From Patescibacteria group bacterium (lineage in GTDB: Bacteria > Patescibacteriota > Patescibacteriia > UBA9934 > GWF2-40-263), in NCBI GenBank assembly GCA_041661745.1, contig JBAZTR010000005.1:3283-67282 (forward strand): a stretch of 64,000 bases of DNA. The letters are read 5' to 3'. Shown here one piece after another: positions 57,834 through 64,000 of this stretch. Both the position numbers and the translations under genes were made by a program. How positions within the stretch are numbered: position 1 is the first letter of the stretch; every line of letters starts with the position of its first letter. Below the pieces are notes generated by a model that was not told where the DNA came from, did not search any database, and worked only from the letters and a program-made list of their open reading frames with translations.

Positions 57834-58875
57834 AAGCAGCTTGGTTAATTATGGTGTTGTCAACGTGAAAAATGTCGCTGGAGAAGCCACGGAAAAAACC
57901 ACGAACCTCCTCGGAATAAGTCTCGGCACGAACATAAGCATCAGTCTGCTTTAACCAATCAACCGATTCGTCTTTCACGTAAGAAAATTGATTACCAATT
58001 TCGTTTTGCATGGTAGTTAAAAAAGTGGATTCTTCCGGCTTGGGGTTATAAAACGCTTTAGCAAAACCATTGCGTTCGGCTTCCTCCTTGGCTCTGGCAT
58101 CTAAAGTTTGCCTCTCCAGCGCGTCTAAATTAACAAAAGCCCGCGATTCCAACTGTCGCGCAACAACCGAGCTGTCTACAGTTCCATCATTAAAAAACTG
58201 TTGAGCTAATTCGTGGTTAGCTGTTGAATCTCTAGGATTTACTTCCAGAACATTGACCAAAGCTTCTCGATAGTCAAAATTGGCGTCTTTTATTAAATCT
58301 TGCAAAGCACGAATAGTGCCCCGATCAAGTCCGTTATCGATCGCGTCAAGCCAAGCTTGTGTGGCTTGAGCCAGCTGATTATGCATTGTCTGGGCCCTGC
58401 CGGTTAAACCTAACTCGTCTTCCTCGTAAGTTGGTCGATAATAAGATTTAACCCAATCTTCATCAATTGGTTGATTAACTATGAAATCGCCTGAGCTTAA
58501 ATTTAAATAATCAAGCCAGTCTTCCACGGCCTGGGCTTGGGCCGCGGCCTTTTTTTCCTCAGCTGTCGGTTCATCAGTTGGTGTAGTTGTTTGATTGGTT
58601 GGTGGAGTATAATCCTGTTTTGTCTCGTAATAATCTTCCACATCGGATCCGGAATAAGATGATTGACCAGAACACTCGGCAATAATTTCGTTACAATTAT
58701 AGCCGGACAGACCACCGGTGTAAATTCCTTGTGACTCGGCATATGCTCCGAGTTCCCTTGCTTGCAGACAAAGTTGATACGCCTGACCACAATAATCTTC
58801 GGCGCGAATGATCCCGACAGAAAGCAAGGCCGAGACAACCACCAGACTACTGATAATTAAAAACTTATTTTTCAT
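57823..58875 (-). CDS. Hypothetical secreted protein (350 aa)
   Basis: A signal peptide followed by an acidic, Q/E/D-rich coiled region. Confidence 0.4.
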   Translation of the reverse strand: MKNKFLIISSLVVVSALLSVGIIRAEDYCGQAYQLCLQARELGAYAESQGIYTGGLSGYNCNEIIAECSGQSSYSGSDVEDYYETKQDYTPPTNQTTTPTDEPTAEEKKAAAQAQAVEDWLDYLNLSSGDFIVNQPIDEDWVKSYYRPTYEEDELGLTGRAQTMHNQLAQATQAWLDAIDNGLDRGTIRALQDLIKDANFDYREALVNVLEVNPRDSTANHELAQQFFNDGTVDSSVVARQLESRAFVNLDALERQTLDARAKEEAERNGFAKAFYNPKPEESTFLTTMQNEIGNQFSYVKDESVDWLKQTDAYVRAETYSEEVRGFFRGFSSDIFHVDNTIINQAAYGQ

Positions 58876-58886
58876 ATTTTGAAAAA

Positions 58887-59093
58887 TTAGTTAGAAGCGC
58901 TGGCAAAAACCACAATCATCACGGCAAAAATTATGATGATGGAGAAAATAATGGCAATAGTACTGGCGGCCTTGTTCTGATTACTGATCGGTTGAACCGG
59001 GTCAACATTATTTACGCCGGATAAATTTTCTTGACAGCGTGGACAAGAATTTGTGTTGTTTGGCACCGGGGTGCCGCAATTTGGGCAAAACAT
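58887..59093 (-). CDS. Zinc-ribbon + TM small protein (68 aa)
   Basis: MFCPNCGTPV...CPRCQ zinc ribbon followed by a C-terminal TM helix. Confidence 0.4.
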   Translation of the reverse strand: MFCPNCGTPVPNNTNSCPRCQENLSGVNNVDPVQPISNQNKAASTIAIIFSIIIIFAVMIVVFASASN

Positions 59094-59421
59094 ATTTTTT
59101 AAAACCTATAAAAAGTATAGGGATAATCGTCGCAACAAGAAAAAGCGCGGTCAGGGTTTCAAAGGTGTAAATAAGTGAAAGAGTAAAATCAAATTGCACG
59201 CGATCGGGACCGGTCACCAACAAATAAGAAACAACAACAATTAAAGCAAGCAAAATTAAAAAGGCAAGCGTTAAAAACGAATTGCCTTTTTTATTTGGCT
59301 TAGTTGATACGGCCGACGTCGGAACAGCTGCCACCCCAGCGACCGAAGTAACGGCCCGACCGCAGTTTGTACAAAAACGCGTCCCCTTTGGAAAACTCGC
59401 TCCGCAACTTATGCAGAACAT
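59008..59421 (-). CDS. Zinc-ribbon + TM protein (137 aa), paralog of the previous gene
   Basis: MFCISCGASF...CTNCG zinc ribbon, a TM helix and a basic tail. Its 3' end overlaps the next gene's start by 86 nt in a different frame. Confidence 0.4.
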   Translation of the reverse strand: MFCISCGASFPKGTRFCTNCGRAVTSVAGVAAVPTSAVSTKPNKKGNSFLTLAFLILLALIVVVSYLLVTGPDRVQFDFTLSLIYTFETLTALFLVATIIPILFIGFKKYVLPKLRHPGAKQHKFLSTLSRKFIRRK

Positions 59422-59514
59422 ATGTTTAAAATTTTAAATTCCTCCTTTGTCCGGCGAATACAATAAAAGCACCACTGTGGATAATTATAGCAGAAAAAGG
59501 ATTTGACAGCACTT

Positions 59515-61014
59515 CTAATAAGCCTTAGCAAAAATAACTCTTCGCTCGGATTTCTTACCGCAAACAATACATTTTCCGGCTTCGTCTTTTTGATTAAGAG
59601 GTAAACAGCGAATGGCCGCTTTGGTTTCTTCGTTGATTTTTTCTTCGCATTCTTGATTTCCGCACCAGTGACTATAAACATAACCACCGTCGGCTTTCAA
59701 AATTTCTATAAGTTTGTTGTAGTCATCGACTTCAAAAGAATTTTTCTCTCTGAACTCCTTAGCTTTAGCAAATAAAGTTTTTTGAAGATCAAGCAACTCG
59801 TCAGTCGCAACTTTCTTTAAATCAGTCATGGAAACAATCTTCTTTTCCCCGGAATCACGGCGAACCAACACCACCTGATCCTTCGCCACATCCTTAGGAC
59901 CGACCTCGAGTCTTAACGGAACGCCCTTTTTCTCCCATTCATTAAATTTAAATCCGGCGCTAATGTTGTCGCGATAATCAACCTCAATTTCAAGATTAGC
60001 ACTTAGCAAATCTTTTTGAATCATTTCGACCTTCTCGACAACTGCTTTCTTTTCTTCTTCAGTCTTAAAGATGGGGACAATGACTATTTTTATTGGGGCG
60101 ATTTCCGGCGGCAAAACCAAACCCTTATCATCACTGTGCGTCATAATCAATCCGCCGATTAATCGAGTACTAACGCCCCAGCTGGTTTGCCAGGCAAATT
60201 GTTTGTTTCCTTCTCTGTCGACAAATTCAATATCAAAAGCTTTGGAAAAATTCTGTCCCAAATGATGGGAAGTTCCAGCTTGCAAAGATTTTTTATCCTG
60301 CATCATGGCCTCGATACAATAAGTGTGCAAAGCCCCGGGAAACTTGTCGTGCTCCGGTTTGCGACCGACAATTACCGGCATGGCCAAATAATTTTCGGAA
60401 AAATCCCGATAAACTTCAAGCATTTTTTGGGCTTCGGCCTCGGCCTCGGCTTCGGTTTCGTGAACCGTATGCCCTTCCTGCCACAAAAACTCCGTGGTGC
60501 GTAAAAACAAACGTGTTCGCATTTCCCACCTAACCACATTGGCCCACTGGTTAATTAAAATCGGCAAATCACGCCAAGACTGAACCCAGCGCGAGTAGGC
60601 ATCGTAAATAATCGTTTCCGAAGTTGGCCTGATAATCAATTCTTCTTCTAATTTAGACTTGGGATCGGCCATGAGCCCTGAACCATCGGGATTATCGACT
60701 AAGCGATAATGAGTGACCACGGCGCATTCCTTAGCAAACCCCTTAACATGGCTGGCTTCTTTATTCAAAAAAGATTTCGGTATGAGTAAAGGAAAGTAAG
60801 CATTTTTGTGGCCCGTGGCTTTAAACTTTTGATCCAATATTTTTTGGATATTTTCCCAAATGGCATAGCCGTATGGTTTTATAACCATACAACCCTTTAC
60901 CACCGAATGTTCGGCCAAATCGGCCTTTTCAATGACATCAAGATACCACTCAGAAAAATCCTCGGCTCGAGAAGTAAGGCTTTGCTGTTTTGCTTTTGCG
61001 TTTTGCTCGTTCAT
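59515..61014 (-). CDS. proS: Proline--tRNA ligase (archaeal/eukaryotic-type class II ProRS)
   Basis: Class II motifs and a ProRS anticodon-binding domain. The C-terminal zinc-binding extension (CGNQECE...CIVCGKK...AKAY) is typical of archaeal-type ProRS. Confidence 0.9.
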   Translation of the reverse strand: MNEQNAKAKQQSLTSRAEDFSEWYLDVIEKADLAEHSVVKGCMVIKPYGYAIWENIQKILDQKFKATGHKNAYFPLLIPKSFLNKEASHVKGFAKECAVVTHYRLVDNPDGSGLMADPKSKLEEELIIRPTSETIIYDAYSRWVQSWRDLPILINQWANVVRWEMRTRLFLRTTEFLWQEGHTVHETEAEAEAEAQKMLEVYRDFSENYLAMPVIVGRKPEHDKFPGALHTYCIEAMMQDKKSLQAGTSHHLGQNFSKAFDIEFVDREGNKQFAWQTSWGVSTRLIGGLIMTHSDDKGLVLPPEIAPIKIVIVPIFKTEEEKKAVVEKVEMIQKDLLSANLEIEVDYRDNISAGFKFNEWEKKGVPLRLEVGPKDVAKDQVVLVRRDSGEKKIVSMTDLKKVATDELLDLQKTLFAKAKEFREKNSFEVDDYNKLIEILKADGGYVYSHWCGNQECEEKINEETKAAIRCLPLNQKDEAGKCIVCGKKSERRVIFAKAY

Positions 61015-61129
61015 ATATTTATTAAAAAAGTCCTTATAAAGCCTATCTTAAAAAAGACTTTTTGACTAGCCCATAATTAAAAACCATAAATGACAATAAA
61101 GATACCCAAGGTCTGCTATAATAAAAGAT

Positions 61130-61786
61130 ATGAAACTAATCCTGCCCATTCTTATTGGTATATCGGTTTTCCTCTCCGGTTGCGGTTTAACCTTACCATC
61201 AAAAAAAGAAATCGAAGTTCCCTTCACCTCGCAAGCCCCGGCTGGCGACTGGTCTGAACCCTGGCAGAACGCCTGCGAGGAAACCTCGATCTACATGGTC
61301 AGCAGTTTTTACGCTGGCGATGAAATAAAACAAACAGAAGCAACAAAACGCATTCGCGAAATTTTTGCCGTTAAGGCCGAAGATCTAAAAATCAGCAAGG
61401 ACGAGTCTTTGCAAACAATTGCCGACCTTATCGCCGCCCTCGACCTTCCTTGGAAAACGCACATTTTTTACGACCCGACTATGGATGATTTAAAAACTGA
61501 GTTAGCTCTTAATAACCCAATCATTGTTCCGGTGTATGCCCCGGCCCTTTCCTCAATCTACTCCATCGCCAGCAGTGCGGACTATCACGTCATTGTCCTG
61601 ACCGGTTATGATGACAAAGACGGCGTCTTCATTATAAACGATCCCGGCACTTCGGAAGGTGAAGGGGTACGCATTCCCTACAAAACCTTCATGAACGCCA
61701 TTCATGATTTGAATACTGCCGATTATCAAGCTGGCAAAAAGGCCGTTCTCTTCACCGAGCAACAAAGCTGGTTGGATTTTAATTAA
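61130..61786 (+). CDS. Lipoprotein with a C39-like peptidase (BtrH-like) domain
   Basis: Lipobox LSGC, with Cys (NACEE), His (YHVIVLTGYDD) and downstream FIINDP spaced as in C39-like papain-fold domains. Confidence 0.4.
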   Translation: MKLILPILIGISVFLSGCGLTLPSKKEIEVPFTSQAPAGDWSEPWQNACEETSIYMVSSFYAGDEIKQTEATKRIREIFAVKAEDLKISKDESLQTIADLIAALDLPWKTHIFYDPTMDDLKTELALNNPIIVPVYAPALSSIYSIASSADYHVIVLTGYDDKDGVFIINDPGTSEGEGVRIPYKTFMNAIHDLNTADYQAGKKAVLFTEQQSWLDFN

Positions 61787-61866
61787 AGTTAGATAGGTAT
61801 AATAAAAACGGCCAAGCATTACTTGGTCGTTTTTTGTTTGTTATTAATAAAAGCGGCACAATGATT

Positions 61867-62418
61867 TTATAATTCTTGCTCAAAGCTAGAAACCGTGAAC
61901 CAAAACTCATCTTGTTGTTTCCCGTTGTACCATTGATCTTCTTTTTGCTCCAAAATTCCTTCAAGAGAATATCCATTTCCCGGAACAAGGCCAGAGGTGC
62001 ATTCGCTTGTTTCGTAATCAACACTGAAACCGTCGATTTCTTTAATATAAATTTCCTTCGCGTTACAAACATATCCCTTTAACCAAATCACTGTTCCGTC
62101 ATCCGTGAGAACCGAAAGATTTACGCTTCCACTATTGCAAGTGATACGGTCCTCGACCTTTGCGTTTTCAGCAAATTCACAGGCCATCTCTGTCCCGGCA
62201 AATCTTCCTGATCCAATCGTGCCGAAAATAGTTGTTGTATCCAAACCCGGTTCGTTTGGTCCAGACACGTCAGAGATTGATGGAAAATCCGTCCCTGTTG
62301 TTTGATCAACAGTCGTGCATCCTGCTCCCAAAAGAAAGAGAATAGAGACGAGGCAGTAAAATGAGTATTTCATATTTTTTAAAAGAATTTTAGAACTAAT
62401 TTTCACTACACGCCCCAT
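61867..62418 (-). CDS. Hypothetical lipoprotein (183 aa)
   Basis: Signal peptide with lipobox LLGAGC and a Cys-rich mature region. Confidence 0.4.
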   Translation of the reverse strand: MGRVVKISSKILLKNMKYSFYCLVSILFLLGAGCTTVDQTTGTDFPSISDVSGPNEPGLDTTTIFGTIGSGRFAGTEMACEFAENAKVEDRITCNSGSVNLSVLTDDGTVIWLKGYVCNAKEIYIKEIDGFSVDYETSECTSGLVPGNGYSLEGILEQKEDQWYNGKQQDEFWFTVSSFEQEL

Positions 62419-62829
62419 TTATCGACACTGCCCCGTGGTTTTATCGTAAGTCTTTTCCAAAGGACAAATACAGGCTATGCCGGAAATTTCTCCATCACTT
62501 TCTTCACAAAGTTTTACGATAATTTGATTCCAATAAGAATATTCTCCCCATGGCAAACCAATCGAAGCATTGAAAGCATCACCAGCCGGACCGCCGACAT
62601 CTGACTGGCAAAAACCAGTTTCCTTGTCGTACATTTCGTCCTGTGTCTGAAACGAGGCGATTGGACACACACATTCGCCATTAGTGAAGGCTCCGCCGCT
62701 CAATTCGCAATTATAACTAATTGGACCAGTAAGCTGAGTTTGTTCTTCCTGCTGAGTAGTCGGCCCGAAAAAGAAAAGAGCTCCGACCCCGATTATTACT
62801 CCGATTATGATAAAGATAATATTTTTCAT
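62419..62829 (-). CDS. Hypothetical secreted Cys-rich small protein (136 aa)
   Basis: A TM/signal N-terminus and eight Cys in the mature part. It lies directly upstream of the previous gene. Confidence 0.4.
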   Translation of the reverse strand: MKNIIFIIIGVIIGVGALFFFGPTTQQEEQTQLTGPISYNCELSGGAFTNGECVCPIASFQTQDEMYDKETGFCQSDVGGPAGDAFNASIGLPWGEYSYWNQIIVKLCEESDGEISGIACICPLEKTYDKTTGQCR

Positions 62830-63005
62830 ACTTTAAGGTTGTATCATAGCTTCAAAAAAATCGCCAGATAATCTGGTGATTTTTTGGCAGGGGTTCGTTA
62901 TGGATGTTAGAACACTTATAGTTAATAAAGGTACACATGCTATAACAATCTAAGACTAGACTTTGAGACTATATCGAGAGGTGGTAATATTTTTGTAGTT
63001 TCAAT

Positions 63006-63926
63006 ATGAAAGATGAAAATAAGCCAAAAAAACAGCATTGGGTTCCCCAGAGCTATTTGCGATACTTCCGAGATCCTGCCACGACTATTGAAAAGCCATT
63101 TGTTTGGCTTTTCAAGAAGGACAGGGCTTTTCGTTCCCCAAATTTGGTTCCGACCAGAACCATCTTTTACGAGGAACACTTGTACACCTTGGAAACTCCG
63201 AACGGTGACAAACATTATGAAGTTGAGGAGGCCTACGCAAAAAGCATTGACGCGAAGTATCCTCCCGTCATCCAAAAAATTGAAAGTCGAGAGCCGCTAA
63301 ATGAAGAGGAACATAAGCTTCTTTGTACCTTTGTCGCCGCGCAATTGCTGCGCACCCCGCACGTCCGAGATTCATTTATTCAATTTACGAATCAGGTTGC
63401 CGCTATGGGTAGGCAGATGGCCGCCACACACGATACTGAGTCGAAGTTGGCTGATAAAACGCGAAATTGGCACACGATTAGCATTATTAAGCTAATTCCA
63501 GAGATCGCAAAAGTGTTATACCAAATGAATGTTGCCTTCGGATGTGCTCCCTTTACTGGGAAACGCTTCATTACCACAGACAACCCAGTATTCATGCGCA
63601 ACCCAGATCTTCAATGGCAACGATTCTATGGACCCGGTCTTGGCCAGAAACATATTGAGGTATATTTTGCTGCATCGCCTTCAACTCTCGTGACATTCAC
63701 TTGGCAAAACTACAGAGGGTATGTTCGTCTCAACAATGGTTGGGTTAGCGAAATGAATCGATGGATACAGGGTCACGCCGTAGATTGGTTTGTGTCTGCT
63801 TCAAAAAAGCCAGAGCTTTATTGGTTCAGTAAGTATCCAGCAGACCCATTCTTTTTGTTCAAGATCATCAGGTTCCGCCTCGCTTTGTTGCGGAACTGGA
63901 TTAAACAACGATATGAGAAAAGATAG
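63006..63926 (+). CDS. DUF4238-family protein
   Basis: The N-terminal HWVPQSYLRYF is the hallmark HxVPQxYLxxF motif of DUF4238. Confidence 0.65.
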   Translation: MKDENKPKKQHWVPQSYLRYFRDPATTIEKPFVWLFKKDRAFRSPNLVPTRTIFYEEHLYTLETPNGDKHYEVEEAYAKSIDAKYPPVIQKIESREPLNEEEHKLLCTFVAAQLLRTPHVRDSFIQFTNQVAAMGRQMAATHDTESKLADKTRNWHTISIIKLIPEIAKVLYQMNVAFGCAPFTGKRFITTDNPVFMRNPDLQWQRFYGPGLGQKHIEVYFAASPSTLVTFTWQNYRGYVRLNNGWVSEMNRWIQGHAVDWFVSASKKPELYWFSKYPADPFFLFKIIRFRLALLRNWIKQRYEKR

Positions 63927-64000
63927 CCGCAAATTAAAGAAAGCTCACGATGCTTTTAATAAAGGCGGAATAGAAAAGGCTCGAAAGATGCTTCTAGAAT
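63913..64000 (+). CDS. Hypothetical protein, N-terminal fragment; the 3' end runs off the window edge
   Basis: ATG at 63913 gives MRKDSRKLKKAHDAFNKGGIEKARKMLLE. It overlaps the stop of the DUF4238 gene and the frame stays open to the window end. Confidence 0.25.
   Translation, partial: MRKDSRKLKKAHDAFNKGGIEKARKMLLE

Overview
This window reads as a low-GC (roughly 40%) bacterial chromosome segment with a Candidate Phyla Radiation / Patescibacteria-like gene repertoire: archaeal-type ProRS, a long TruD/Pus7-like protein, a class II B12-dependent RNR, type IV pilus parts, small genes and many secreted or membrane hypotheticals. Most genes are on the minus strand. Housekeeping calls I can support: lgt, gatA, gatC, ligA, a pilin/response-regulator/pilM cluster, an hrcA-grpE-dnaK-dnaJ operon with a CIRCE operator, two tandem PP2C phosphatases, a CPA2 antiporter, glmS, a MraY/WecA-family transferase, a ClpC-like protein, FtsI, rarA, truD, cobO plus nrdJ, a LOG-family protein, a PEBP protein, hflX, rlmN, an Nramp transporter, proS and two tRNAs. 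The most unusual signal is five sharply bounded high-GC islands (above 60% GC, strong G/C third-codon bias) inside the AT-rich backbone. Together they carry six unannotatable CDSs. Each has a near-consensus TTGACA-N17-TAnnnT host-type promoter exactly at the AT/GC junction, a GC-rich leader with a recurring GTTCC(TT) motif, and a hairpin terminator. One island is a tandem duplication of promoter, leader and CDS. I also see two kinds of miniature selfish elements (a GxxExxY gene and a DUF559 gene flanked by terminal inverted repeats), a second DUF559 gene flanked by direct repeats, a G/C hairpin repeat family (CCCTCCCCC..GGGGGAGGG), a twice-occurring ~95-nt palindromic element, a tRNA-like structured element next to tRNA-Pro(CGG), and a partial inverted tRNA copy next to the other tRNA. 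No CRISPR array, rRNA or reverse transcriptase was seen. All functional calls come from motif and family recognition by eye; nothing was searched against a database.
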